A stretch of DNA of 64,000 nt, from contig CAVUZH010000013.1 in assembly GCA_963745835.1 (NCBI GenBank), forward strand, positions 384,001 to 448,000, written 5' to 3'. This stretch comes from an uncultured delta proteobacterium (GTDB taxonomy: Bacteria; Desulfobacterota; Binatia; UBA9968). Within the stretch, counting starts at the first letter, position 1. Each line of letters starts with the position of its first letter. The position numbers and the translations under genes are program-made. Below the pieces are notes generated by a model. That model had not been told where the DNA came from. It did no database searches and saw only the letters and a program-made list of their open reading frames with translations. Below are positions 1 through 10,589 of the stretch, piece after piece.

Positions 1-892
1 AACACAGTAACAGATCGCGTGAACGCCAACACGCAGCTTCTTCACCGTAGCAAGACTCAACGATGCTACGGTGGCGCCAAGTCCAGGCGCAGCCATCAGG
101 AGACCGAATCCGCGTCGGCCCGACTTGGAGTATGTTGGTGGCAAACACTGGGACAAAGCGATTATATGGCGCACCGAACAGAGCCACTACATAAGAGATA
201 CCGACAATGTAGAGGATTCGGCGATTGTCCCTGACATACCGGAATCCTTCTCCGATATCCTCCAACAAGCTTTGCTTATCCTTGCGTTTCTCCCACGGCG
301 GCAGATCCAATAGATAGAGATTGAACAGAAGCGCGACGAAGCTCAGCGCATTGATCAAAAAACAGCCGGCTACGCCGATGAACGAGATGATCACGCCTCC
401 GACGGAGGGCCCTAAAATTTTGGAGAAATTGAAAACCGATGATTGCAGGCCGATGGCATTGAGCAACTCCTCCTTCGGCACCAGACTGTTGACCAGCGAC
501 TGCCGCGCCGTCTGATTTATCGTATTGACCACTCCCAAAAAGAACGCCAGGCCTGCGATGTGCCAAAACTCAATGAATTCGAACTCCACCGCGAGCCAGT
601 AGATAATCGCCTGCATCATCGCCAGCGCTTGAGTAACTTGCAGGACCCGGCGACGATCGAAGCGGTCCGCAATCGCGCCACCGACCGCGCCAACCAGAAG
701 GCGGGGAAGGGTATCGAAAAAAGCGATCACCCCGAGCGCGACCGGCGAACGCGTCAGCTCCCAGACGAGCCAGCTCTGGGCGATGTTCTGCATAAAATCG
801 CCGGAACTCGAGATCAAGGCGCCTTCCATGAGCAGACGGAAGTTACGATGTCTGAGCGAGCGCAGGGTTCTAAAATTCCAAAGGCGTTGCAC
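1..892 (-). CDS. MFS transporter (MFS_3/H+ antiporter-like), 3' end runs off the window
   Basis: Not in the ORF track. Read manually on the minus strand from GTG at 892: MQRLWNFRTLRSLRHRNFRLLMEGALISSSGDFMQNIAQSWLVWELTRSPVALG...GGAIADRFDRRRVL, which contains MFS motif A. Confidence 0.85.
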   Translation of the reverse strand, partial: MQRLWNFRTLRSLRHRNFRLLMEGALISSSGDFMQNIAQSWLVWELTRSPVALGVIAFFDTLPRLLVGAVGGAIADRFDRRRVLQVTQALAMMQAIIYWLAVEFEFIEFWHIAGLAFFLGVVNTINQTARQSLVNSLVPKEELLNAIGLQSSVFNFSKILGPSVGGVIISFIGVAGCFLINALSFVALLFNLYLLDLPPWEKRKDKQSLLEDIGEGFRYVRDNRRILYIVGISYVVALFGAPYNRFVPVFATNILQVGPTRIRSPDGCAWTWRHRSIVESCYGEEAACWRSRDLLLC

Positions 893-1071
893 GGTAATTC
901 TATCAGTAAAAAGTTTTACCAGTTTGACGCCTTCGTGGATGCAATGCAAAGACTCGGTTCAAATCTGCTTCAGCCGCTTCGCAGCACTCAACACGGATGC
1001 GGTTGCAAATTGTATCGGGCCGGCGATAGGCCTATGATACTTTCTGTGACCGCCGCCAAAGGAGAACACCG

Positions 1072-1587
1072 ATGGAGAAGATGCCGATTGTGAATTTACT
1101 TGAGCAGACACGGCAGCTGTCGGAAAGCGGCCAACGCGTTCGAGTTCTTTGGCAGCATCCGGACACGTTGGTCTTCATCGCGCGGGGCCGGGAGTACCGC
1201 AGCGAGTTTCACATCAATCCGAGTGACGAAACAATGTACATGATCAAAGGTGAAATGCGATTACATTACCGCACGCCGGAGGGCAAAGAAGAAGTTGCCG
1301 TGATCCCGGAAGGAGCGATGATCTATACTCCTGCCGGCACGCCGCATTCTCCCCGGTTTGCCGCCGATGCCTTTGCGTTGATTTCAGAACGGAAGAGGCG
1401 CGAGAGTGAGACTGACCGCTTTCACTGGTACTGCCAGAAATGCGATGCTTTGCTCCACGAAGAAACGTTCACCGTGAAGGACTATGCCGACGACCCGGTC
1501 TCCAAAGCGTACGATAAATTCTTCGGCAGCAAAGAATTTAGAACCTGCAGATGCGGCGAGATCATGGCAGTACCGGGGTCGATCTGA
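1072..1587 (+). CDS. 3-hydroxyanthranilate 3,4-dioxygenase-like cupin
   Basis: RSEFHINPSDE, PHSP, ERKR, WYCQKC and RTCRCG match the 3HAO/NbaC architecture; GGAG RBS upstream. Confidence 0.75.
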   Translation: MEKMPIVNLLEQTRQLSESGQRVRVLWQHPDTLVFIARGREYRSEFHINPSDETMYMIKGEMRLHYRTPEGKEEVAVIPEGAMIYTPAGTPHSPRFAADAFALISERKRRESETDRFHWYCQKCDALLHEETFTVKDYADDPVSKAYDKFFGSKEFRTCRCGEIMAVPGSI

Positions 1588-1595
1588 TCTCGATC

Positions 1596-1770
1596 GTTCA
1601 ACAGTTCAACAGTTCAAAGGTTCAACGTTCAACGCCTTAATCCGAATTAGATCTCAGGACAGCTTCTCTTTCTTGCAGCGTTGTGAAAGGCGGAGCCGCC
1701 GGGCTGCCCATGCGCCGAATAGAGTCGCGAAAGGAGCCTTTTCTAACGTTGAACATTGAACTGTTGAACT
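1596..1770. repeat. Inverted arrays of short GTTCAA tandem repeats between convergent genes
   Basis: 5x GTTCAA(N1-2) at 1596-1634 and 3x TTGAAC at 1749-1769. Confidence 0.75.
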
Positions 1771-1784
1771 ACTTTACCAATCTT

Positions 1785-2774
1785 TCAGATATTCAGTTCT
1801 TTCGAGCGATCATAATCATGACGCGCGCCCCTGACGGCGCCTTTTCGCGGGAACAGCTTGTCGATTTCAGCTATCTCATCGGATGTTAATACGACCTCTG
1901 CCGCAGCAGCATTTTCTTCTAAATGCGCGATCCGGCGCGTTCCCGGAATCGGCACGAAATTATCTCCCTGATGCAGAGTCCATGCGAGAGATAGCTGTGC
2001 CAAGGTGCATTTCTTGGCATCGGCAACTTGTTGTAGACGACTGAGCAAGCGAGCATTGTGTTGGAAATTCTCCTCGTGGAACCGCGGCGCTTTGCGCCGG
2101 CTATCTTTCGGGTCTAAGTCAGACACGCTGTTGACTGCGCCAGCGAAAAAGCCCCGGCCAAGTGCATAGTACGAAACAAACCCGATGCCGAGCTCCTTAA
2201 CGACTGGAATCGTGTCGGTCTCATAATCGCGAGTCCATAGAGAATACTCGCTTTGCAGAGCGGCAATTGGATGAACCCCATTGGCTCGGCGAATCGTGTG
2301 CGGTCCGGCTTCGCTCAGCCCTATGTGGCGAATCTTTCCTTGCTCGATTAATCGAACCATGGCGCCGATCGTTTCTTCGATCGGAACCCGCGGATCGACC
2401 CGATGCAAATAGTAAAGATCAATGGTTTCCATCTGCAGCCGTCGCAAGGAGGCTTCACAGGCTACCGACACATACTCGGCGCTAGCATTGACGTCGCGTC
2501 CCTTTGCCCAGGGCTGCCCGCGCAAATTGCCGAACTTCGACGCAAGCACGACCTGATCGCGCTTGCCTTTGAGGGCTTTGGCTAGGAGTTCTTCATTGTT
2601 ACCGTTGTTGTGATCGGCTGTGTCGATAAAGTTGATGCCCAGATCGATGGCCCGATGGAGCACATCGATGTCTCGCCTTTCATCAGCGGCGCTGAGCTTT
2701 CCTTGAAATGTTGGACAGCCATAACCGATGGCGGATACTTTCAATCGCTGCTTGCCCAGATACCGATACTGCAT
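1785..2774 (-). CDS. Aldo/keto reductase
   Basis: VSAIGYGC, GINFIDTAD, SLRRLQMETIDLYYLHRVDP, IGLSE, QSEYSLWTR, PIPGTRR; start placed at MQYRYLG after a GGAG RBS. Confidence 0.92.
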   Translation of the reverse strand: MQYRYLGKQRLKVSAIGYGCPTFQGKLSAADERRDIDVLHRAIDLGINFIDTADHNNGNNEELLAKALKGKRDQVVLASKFGNLRGQPWAKGRDVNASAEYVSVACEASLRRLQMETIDLYYLHRVDPRVPIEETIGAMVRLIEQGKIRHIGLSEAGPHTIRRANGVHPIAALQSEYSLWTRDYETDTIPVVKELGIGFVSYYALGRGFFAGAVNSVSDLDPKDSRRKAPRFHEENFQHNARLLSRLQQVADAKKCTLAQLSLAWTLHQGDNFVPIPGTRRIAHLEENAAAAEVVLTSDEIAEIDKLFPRKGAVRGARHDYDRSKELNI

Positions 2775-2937
2775 ACGACGATGCTCCTTCCTTCTGCGCA
2801 ACTATTGTCCTTGCCGGCGCTGCAATGCAAGTTGCAGCGGGAAGAATATTTCTGCTAATAATCCGAGATTGTACGGACGCTTGCGAAATTTCACTGAAGG
2901 CCAACTGCGTCGATCGAAAATGCACAAAGGAGATCTC

Positions 2938-3972
2938 ATGATCCACAGGCACGTTCTCTGGACCGCGATATCGGCGACGTGGTTTCTCATATTTACACCG
3001 GCGACGTCAGCGACGACGCAGGAGTCATTTTATCAAGGCAAGACAGTCAGAGTCATCGTCGGCGGTTCCGCCGGCGGCGGCTATGACACCTACACTCGCC
3101 TGATCGCGCGCCATCTCGGCAAGCACGTCCCCGGCAATCCGAACTTTGTCGTTGAAAACATGACCGGCGCAGGAACTTTGATTTCGGCGAATCACGTCTA
3201 CAAAGTCGCCAAACCGGACGGTCTGACGATCGGCCATTTCATCGGCGGTTTGCTTCTCCAGCAGGTGCTTGGCAAGCCAGGCATCGAATTCGACGGGCAG
3301 AAATTCGAATATCTCGGTGTCCCGGCGCAAGACAACACGGTGATCGGCATCAGCAAAGCGAGCGGCGTAAGCAGCATCGAAAACTGGTTGGCAACCAAGA
3401 CCAGCCTGAAATTCGGCGGCGTCGGGCCGGGATCTGCCACCGATGACATCGCCAAGGTTGTGCGCGCCACCGTGGGCGTGCCGATGCAGTTAGTAAGCGG
3501 CTATAAAGGCACCGCCGATATTCGATTGGCGATCAACAGCGGCGAGTTGCAAGGCGTCGCCAACTCCTGGGAATCGTTTAAATCCGGCTGGGTCCAGGAG
3601 ATTCAGTCCGGCTCGGTTATGATTGTCTTACAGATGATACCCGAGCGGCGCCATCCGGATTTACCCAAGGTGCCCATGATTACCGATATCGTTAAGAGCG
3701 AAGACGCGCGAAAAATCATCCAAGCAGGAATTTACGATTACGCGGCGATTGCTCGTCCCTACGTCTTTCCGCCGAACACACCCAAAGATCGCGTGCTCAT
3801 GCTTCGCAAGGGTCTCGTTGAAACCTATAAAGATCCCGAGTTTATCGCGGATGCGCAAAAGGCACGACTGGACATGAGTCCGCTTACCGGCGAAGAGTTG
3901 GAGAAAGTGGTCGCTCGCACTTATAAACTCGAGAAGTCGATTATCGAGAAGTTAAAAGAAATCTTGAAGTAG
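2938..3972 (+). CDS. TctC/Bug-family tripartite tricarboxylate transporter substrate-binding protein
   Basis: Signal peptide, then FYQGKTVRVIVGGSAGGGYD, VVENMTGAG, KPDGLTI, PPNTPKDRV. Confidence 0.9.
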   Translation: MIHRHVLWTAISATWFLIFTPATSATTQESFYQGKTVRVIVGGSAGGGYDTYTRLIARHLGKHVPGNPNFVVENMTGAGTLISANHVYKVAKPDGLTIGHFIGGLLLQQVLGKPGIEFDGQKFEYLGVPAQDNTVIGISKASGVSSIENWLATKTSLKFGGVGPGSATDDIAKVVRATVGVPMQLVSGYKGTADIRLAINSGELQGVANSWESFKSGWVQEIQSGSVMIVLQMIPERRHPDLPKVPMITDIVKSEDARKIIQAGIYDYAAIARPYVFPPNTPKDRVLMLRKGLVETYKDPEFIADAQKARLDMSPLTGEELEKVVARTYKLEKSIIEKLKEILK

Positions 3973-4013
3973 TTTTCTCGCATCTAAGGGCGCGACCAAA
4001 ATTGGAGGTGGCC

Positions 4014-4712
4014 ATGGAAGACATATTGACGACACTGAAACAGAAGGTAAATCCAGAGCATGCTGCCGTGCTCGTGATCGATATTCAGAACGATTTTTGC
4101 CATGAGGACGGCTATCTGCGCAAACTCGGTTTGGACATCTCTGCCACACAGTCGATGGTGCCGCGCCTCGTGCGCTTCATTGATGAAGCACGGAAAGCTA
4201 ACGTCAAGATAATTTTCGTTCAGGGAATCTACAACAACCGATATCTTTCCGGACCATTTGTTGAAAAGGACAGAAAACACGGCCTCAACAATGAAAGATG
4301 CCTGGAGGGGAGCTGGGGGGCCGATTTTTATAAAGTGACGCCGCTCGCAACCGAACCAGTGATCCGAAAGCATCGCTACAGTGCTTTTGTCAGGACGGAA
4401 CTGGATCAGATTCTGCGAGAGGCAGGCATCAAAACTCTGATTCTAACGGGCGTTACGACCAACGTGTGCGTCGAGTCGACGGCGAGAGACGGCTTCATGC
4501 GTGACTACTACATCGTTTTTCTCAGCGACTGCACCGCCACATTCAGCCAAGAGGTTCATGAGACAACCCTTGGCAATATAACAAGACACTTCGGCACGGT
4601 TGCCACATCGTCCGAGACCGTCGGGGTTTGGCAGGGATATCAGGGGAGGTCACGGTCAAACCGGGACAGGCATATAGCCGAAGTACAGGTCATCGGTAAA
4701 GCTTGTCGATAA
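4014..4712 (+). CDS. Isochorismatase-family cysteine hydrolase (RutB-like)
   Basis: VIDIQNDF, KHRYSAF, GVTTNVCVESTARDG give the Asp-Lys-Cys triad. Confidence 0.9.
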   Translation: MEDILTTLKQKVNPEHAAVLVIDIQNDFCHEDGYLRKLGLDISATQSMVPRLVRFIDEARKANVKIIFVQGIYNNRYLSGPFVEKDRKHGLNNERCLEGSWGADFYKVTPLATEPVIRKHRYSAFVRTELDQILREAGIKTLILTGVTTNVCVESTARDGFMRDYYIVFLSDCTATFSQEVHETTLGNITRHFGTVATSSETVGVWQGYQGRSRSNRDRHIAEVQVIGKACR

Positions 4713-5673
4713 AGCCGCTTTGATCGATTTCGCGTAGGTATTGCATGTCGTAAAAGTCCGCGGGCTTGAATTTTTTGATCGCAATATTTTTTTCGCCCAG
4801 CACTTCGAGTACGGCTCTCACCGCGTCGTCGTCACTAAATGGCTTGGCTGGATAAAGACGGAGAAAGAAATCATAGGTGTCTTCCAAAGACTCGCGGTCC
4901 GAGTTCCGAGTCCACTTACTGAGAACGCTCAGAGTCTCTTCCTTGTTTTTGCGGAGAAAGGCAATGGCTTCGGAAAATCCCCGCATAAAGTTGAGGACAC
5001 TGGTCCGATTTTTCCGTCCATAATCGCTAGTGATAAAAATCGATCCGTAGGCAAACTTAATCCCCGCGTCTTGAAAACTCGTCAAAAGATTGAAGCCAAG
5101 TTTTCTGGCGGTCAGGGTGTCCGGCGGCGAAATTACCGTCGCATCGACGCTGCCGACCTTTAACGCGGCAAAACGCGCGGCGGCGTCACCAATCCCGAGG
5201 ATCACGGCGTCCTTAGCCGGATCCACTCCGAGATTCTTCAGTGCAAGCCTTAGCGCGATATCCGATATTGCACCAAGCCGGCTGACGGCAAACCGCTTGC
5301 CCTTAAGTTGATTGGCGGATTTGATCCGGTCGGAAGTCACCAGCGTGTATGGCAGCGTGTTCATGTAGTCCGTAATCGAGATCATGTCCGCTCCAGCTAG
5401 TTTCGCTTCAATACCGGAGGAGGTTCCCGATGCCGCGTATTGAATCTCACCTGCCAGAAGTGATTGAATCGCCACAGACCCGGAACGGACCATGATCAGT
5501 TCGGAATCCAGACCATATTTTTTAAATAGCCTTTTCTCCTGTCCAACATAGAGCGGCAACAACGTTCCGCTGATGCCTGGGATAGCAATTCGTATCGACT
5601 GCGCCGATGCTGTCCCGCTAGAAAATACGGTTAGCAATATGAAGATTAGAATAGCGGCTGACTTAAGTGTCAT
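4690..5673 (-). CDS. ABC-type substrate-binding protein, NMT1/SsuA-like
   Basis: Signal peptide, LPLYVGQEKRLFKKYGLD, LKGKRFAVSRLG, C-terminal EIDQSGFIDKLY. Confidence 0.85.
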   Translation of the reverse strand: MTLKSAAILIFILLTVFSSGTASAQSIRIAIPGISGTLLPLYVGQEKRLFKKYGLDSELIMVRSGSVAIQSLLAGEIQYAASGTSSGIEAKLAGADMISITDYMNTLPYTLVTSDRIKSANQLKGKRFAVSRLGAISDIALRLALKNLGVDPAKDAVILGIGDAAARFAALKVGSVDATVISPPDTLTARKLGFNLLTSFQDAGIKFAYGSIFITSDYGRKNRTSVLNFMRGFSEAIAFLRKNKEETLSVLSKWTRNSDRESLEDTYDFFLRLYPAKPFSDDDAVRAVLEVLGEKNIAIKKFKPADFYDMQYLREIDQSGFIDKLYR

Positions 5674-6659
5674 GTCGAATGCCTCCTAGCTTTGTGCCGT
5701 TGCATCGGCAAACCATCACGTCAGAGTGGCCGGATCACAATCGAGCGCAATCCTTCAACCCAACTATCTATACTTCATGTACAATCCGCTTCAAAACGGC
5801 GTGCGATACCTGGTGATATAGTTCATCGCGCAAACAATCTCATTGGTCAAACAAGAGTTTGAGGAATCAAGGGGCGAGAATTTAGGGCAACTGAGTTTAT
5901 CCGGGATCTTGCCCATGAAGCAATTGACAAATAGCTCGGACTAATCGGCGTGATGATGCACGTTTTCTGCAATCTATTGATCCAGAGCTTCACGCCTTCT
6001 TTGTCGATATGTATCGTCAGGTAAGCACCTGAACCGTTCGGCAAATAGCGAGGTCGCATTGTAATTCGTAATGCAGTCGGCCTCGCGCAGGTTGCGCGGC
6101 TGCAGCTCGACGAATGCGTGAGACCGGCTCCTTGATCCAACGGCGCCCACACAGTTGACGAGAAGGATTGGAAGTGGCGGTAGGGCGAACGCTGGCACCC
6201 CGGGGTGAGGTCTACCTGATTCAGCTTGATTCCGAGGCAGGGCAGTGAGATCTGAATGAACATCTGCGCACAATTATCGTCGCGCCAATGACGACTGGAC
6301 GGCAACTGCCCATGGCGCGTCCCATGTCGCTTTGGAGGCCGCAGTGGATTTGTTGCCACGGACCAACTTCGTACGGTTAATATCGAGCCGCTAGCGAGGC
6401 GACTCGGGCGCTGGCTCCCAGCTCTGTGACTGCGGTATTGACGGTTCTGCAGGAGATGTTTGCGCCTTGATCAAAGTGAGGGGTATCTGACCGCTTCAAT
6501 CAATCCCCGAAAAGCGAGCGGCTGAGAATGAGCGTTAGCGTCGCTACGCATATTGAATATAAACACTTCGGTTTAAGGTGGTCTCTGGCACCATTACCAT
6601 GCATTGGCCAAACTATTAGATGAATAGATGAACGAGCTGACTGCAGTCGCACAGGGGCG

Positions 6660-8126
6660 CTATTTCAGCAGATAGCCAAATTTCTCACGAGCCATCCTTA
6701 CTACTTCCTGGCTCGGCGTGTTGACCATGGGAAACTTATCCTTCCATTCGTAGGGTCGGGTCGCATCGACTACCATTCGGGAGTTGGTAAAGTCTCTTTT
6801 CTTGCGCTGTTCGGGAGTAAGTCGAGGATCGGCAGGAGTGCTGCGCATGCGGCGCAAAATGTCTACGGAGGTTTCCGGATCGTAGCGCGACAGCATTGCC
6901 CACATCAGCTGGTCCAAATTCGATACGTCGATATCATCGTCCACCACGATCACCATCTTGCAACCGTAAACGCTGGCGCCGCAACTTGCCGCCAAGGCGC
7001 CAACCTGTTTGGCGTGACCCGGATATCGCTGTTGAATGGCCAGCGCGATCAGCATTCGAGATGCGCCGATCTCATGGGCCCATACCTGCCTTACGTCGGG
7101 AACGCCGGCGCTCTGGAGTTGTTGTTTGAGCATGGCCGAACGCATGATCGCGCGATAACGCGCCATTTCGTCCGAGCCGCCGCCGATCGGCGGCACACCG
7201 AGAATGATCGGGTCGTTGCGGTGATAAACGGATTCAATCTCCAGCACCGGCTGCGCGCTTTCATCCGATGCATAATAGCCGGTCCACTCCCCGAACGGGC
7301 CCTCGTTCTTGCGATTGTCGTTGTTTAAGTATCCTTCGAACACAATTTCCGCACTGGCGGGAAACGGTAAGCCGGTGAGCGGGCCGCGCACGACCTCTAC
7401 CGGTTTGCCTCTCATTCCGCCGACGATGTCATACTCGCAGAGGCCGTACGGATGTTCGGTGCCTGCCATGAAGAAAAACAGCGGATCACCGCCAATAACC
7501 AACGCCAATGGCATCTTCTGACCGCGCTTGAAATATTTCTCGCGATGCATGTAGCCATGCTTGCCTGGCACCATCAGCAGGCTGACGGTTTTTGCGTCCT
7601 GGATCATCGCACGGTAGCAACCGACGTTAATCCACTTCTCGTCCGGGTCGATGGTCACTGAGTAACAACCTGTGCCGATATACCGGCCGCCGTCATTCAC
7701 ATGCCACACCGGGGTTGGAAACTTCATGATATCGACATCGCCGCCCTTGACGACATTTTCGAAAATCGGCCCATCCTTTACAAAGACAGGCGGCATATGA
7801 TTGGGAGTTTTCTGAAAATGATCGAAGTAGGCTTGGCTCAATTCCTGTTTGGACAATCCTTGGGGAAAGCCGAAGGTCATGGCGCGACGTTTGCCGGCAA
7901 AAGCGTTGATCAAGATGCGGAACCCTTTGGGACAGCCGGGCACCTCGTCGAAAACCACTGCAGGTCCATCGTCGGGAGGAACAACGACATCCGTGGCCAA
8001 GCCGATGTCCTTCTGCCAGGACGCGCCAAAAACGGTTTTCAACTCACCCAGCTTTTCAGCTTCGCGCATCCATTCGCGCAGGTCGGTAAAAGCAATATGC
8101 GGCTGAATCTTTGAGCTGTCAAACAT
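6660..8126 (-). CDS. UbiD-family prFMN-dependent (de)carboxylase
   Basis: DLREWM, DGGRYIGT, EGPFGEWTGYY, VVDDDIDV, VDATRP. Confidence 0.92.
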   Translation of the reverse strand: MFDSSKIQPHIAFTDLREWMREAEKLGELKTVFGASWQKDIGLATDVVVPPDDGPAVVFDEVPGCPKGFRILINAFAGKRRAMTFGFPQGLSKQELSQAYFDHFQKTPNHMPPVFVKDGPIFENVVKGGDVDIMKFPTPVWHVNDGGRYIGTGCYSVTIDPDEKWINVGCYRAMIQDAKTVSLLMVPGKHGYMHREKYFKRGQKMPLALVIGGDPLFFFMAGTEHPYGLCEYDIVGGMRGKPVEVVRGPLTGLPFPASAEIVFEGYLNNDNRKNEGPFGEWTGYYASDESAQPVLEIESVYHRNDPIILGVPPIGGGSDEMARYRAIMRSAMLKQQLQSAGVPDVRQVWAHEIGASRMLIALAIQQRYPGHAKQVGALAASCGASVYGCKMVIVVDDDIDVSNLDQLMWAMLSRYDPETSVDILRRMRSTPADPRLTPEQRKKRDFTNSRMVVDATRPYEWKDKFPMVNTPSQEVVRMAREKFGYLLK

Positions 8127-8368
8127 TATCGCTCCTTGCAAAGGTTTGAATCACGCTCAATCTAACATAGTTGTCGTACCCAATGGAACGGCTCTGGCGG
8201 AGAGAAAATACCAATGATTTCACCGTGTATTGTTCCACTGAAGGAAGTGCGGCATTGGTTCTTCATATCCGAAACTCTCATCGCGGCGTTGCTTGAGGAT
8301 GGAACGAAGCACGAACGCGGAGCCTCCGGATATATTTGCAGACTAACCAACCCCGTGAAGCAAGCGCA

Positions 8369-9196
8369 TTAGTGCCGGTCGACCCAATCCCCGATAATCT
8401 TGTTAGTCTCCTCCGGCTTGTGCCAGAAAAAACCGTGGCCACAGCCCTCCACCACCGCGAATTCGGCATTGCGAATATTATCGCGCAGATGCTCCGAGGT
8501 GATGACATGGTTGCCGGTATCGGCATCGGCCTTATCTTCGCCGCCCACTAAAACTAGAGTCGGCGTGGTAATCTTGTTCAGTAATTCACCGGTCTCATGC
8601 TGGTTGCGGGCGATGACATGGCGTAAATAGGGATCGAGCTGCGGCCGATTGTCCCAGAAACTTTTAAACAATATTTCCAAGACTTCCGGTTGCGCTTTCA
8701 CAAACTCCGGCGGAAAGAAAAACTGGCTCTTGAAGTGGCTCAACATGTATTCCCTATAGCCCTTCTCGATCATGCTCTTCAGACTATCGACCGTCAGCCA
8801 GCGCGGGTACTCGGGATTGCCCATCGAACCTGAGCCGGACGCCGCTTGAATCATGCTGCGCACCTTGCGCGGATAATCGATGGCAAGCCACTGGCATACT
8901 CGCCCGCCCATCGAGTGACCGATGATATGAGCCGACTCATTGATGCCAAGTGCGTCGAGCAAGTTAGCCGCATCTTGAGCAAACTGCCGCGTCGAGTAAT
9001 ATCCCGCAGGCGCATCCGACTTTCCCACTCCACGATGGTCATAGACGATTACCTGATAACGATCTATGAACGCCGGCACTTGTTTAAGCTTCCACGGCTC
9101 ACCCGGCCACCCAGTGCCGGAGACGAAAAGAAACGGCACTCCGCGGCCGAAGCTTTCATAATACAAACGAACATCACCTGCTTGGGCGTACGGCAT
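8369..9196 (-). CDS. Alpha/beta-fold hydrolase
   Basis: YDHRGVGKS, GHSMGG nucleophile elbow, PTLVLVG, GCGH. Confidence 0.9.
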   Translation of the reverse strand: MPYAQAGDVRLYYESFGRGVPFLFVSGTGWPGEPWKLKQVPAFIDRYQVIVYDHRGVGKSDAPAGYYSTRQFAQDAANLLDALGINESAHIIGHSMGGRVCQWLAIDYPRKVRSMIQAASGSGSMGNPEYPRWLTVDSLKSMIEKGYREYMLSHFKSQFFFPPEFVKAQPEVLEILFKSFWDNRPQLDPYLRHVIARNQHETGELLNKITTPTLVLVGGEDKADADTGNHVITSEHLRDNIRNAEFAVVEGCGHGFFWHKPEETNKIIGDWVDRH

Positions 9197-9523
9197 CTAG
9201 GATCTCCATTGCATACGAGGTGTCATTGGATTATCCCAATGTTTTCGATGGTTCAAACGGTTTATGACATACGCGATAAATCAACCCGTTCGGTCGGCGG
9301 CTACTCTGCGCTTATTGGTTGGTTTTGCACATCTTAGGATCGGCTGGAGTCTAGTGGTCGATATTGCTTTGACTCTAGCGCACGGCTTAGGTGCGGCCCC
9401 TCTTGACGAGGCAGCTCAGGTTGATGTGACCGACTCCGATCAGCTAATCTCCGGCAGAATAGCGGATTGACTGAAATACGCGTTCAGAGGCTTATGATAT
9501 GCAAGGAAAAGAGGACATGTGAA

Positions 9524-10534
9524 ATGAAGACCCTGAGTGTCGTGATTGCATTACTGCTGGGATTCGCTGAGTTGGCGGTTGCCCAAGATTCGTTCTTCAA
9601 AGGCAAGACCGTGCGGATCGTGGTGCCGTTCGCTGCTGGGGGCGGCTACGATATCTATTCCCGGATTATGGGCCGGCACATGAGTAAATACATTCCCGGC
9701 AACCCGGTTTTCGTGGTTGAAAACATGACCGGCGCGGGCGGCCTGATCGGCATTAACCACGTCTATAAAGCCGCCAAACCGGACGGCCTCACCATCGGCA
9801 CGCCGATTGGCACTATGTTTGTCGATCAACTCATCGGCAAACCTGGTATAGAATTCGACGGCCGCAAGTTCGAGTATATCGGCGCGCCGGCGCAGGACAC
9901 GCAACTGCTGATCGTGCACAAGCGCACCGGCATCAACAGCGTCGAACAATGGTTATCGCATCCAACACCGGTGAAATTCGGCAGCACCGGGCCGGGATCA
10001 GCCAACGAATCGATTCCGAAGATTGTCAAAGAGGCGCTAAACCTGCCGCTACAAGTTGTTTCCGGCTATAAAGGCAGCTCGGTCATCCGTCTGGCATTTA
10101 CCGGAGGCGAGGTCGACGGCGTCGCCAATGCCTGGGAATCAATGGTCTCGACCTGGCCCCAAGAACTTGAGAGCGGCGACGCAGTCATCTTGTTGCAGGC
10201 GTCCGGAAAACGCCACCCGGATTTAACCAAAGTTCCATTGGTTATGGATTACGCAAAAACGGAGATGGCTAAAAAGCTGGTGCGCGGCGTCATCAACAAT
10301 TTCGGCGCTACGGCACGGCCCTATGTAGTGACGCCGGGCACACCGAAAGCGCGTGTGGAAATATTGCGCAAAGCGTTCATGGATACCATGAAAGATCCGG
10401 ACTTTGGAGCTGAGCTTAAAAAGGCGAAATTGGATCTGAATCCACTCGACGGAGCAACCTTGGAGAACAATATCAAAGAGCTGTTCGCATTGGATCAAGC
10501 GCTCATCCCTAAGTTGACAGAGATCTTAAAATAA
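9524..10534 (+). CDS. TctC/Bug-family substrate-binding protein
   Basis: Signal peptide, FFKGKTVRIVVPFAAGGGYD, ENMTGAGG; paralog of 2938..3972. Confidence 0.9.
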   Translation: MKTLSVVIALLLGFAELAVAQDSFFKGKTVRIVVPFAAGGGYDIYSRIMGRHMSKYIPGNPVFVVENMTGAGGLIGINHVYKAAKPDGLTIGTPIGTMFVDQLIGKPGIEFDGRKFEYIGAPAQDTQLLIVHKRTGINSVEQWLSHPTPVKFGSTGPGSANESIPKIVKEALNLPLQVVSGYKGSSVIRLAFTGGEVDGVANAWESMVSTWPQELESGDAVILLQASGKRHPDLTKVPLVMDYAKTEMAKKLVRGVINNFGATARPYVVTPGTPKARVEILRKAFMDTMKDPDFGAELKKAKLDLNPLDGATLENNIKELFALDQALIPKLTEILK

Positions 10535-10589
10535 GAAAGGATCGACACCGGGTTTGCATCATTTGGAGCCACAGTAGAAGGAGCCAACC

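Noticed and set aside
1596-1770. CRISPR array
   Set aside because: Units are 7-8 bp with no spacers, and there are no cas genes
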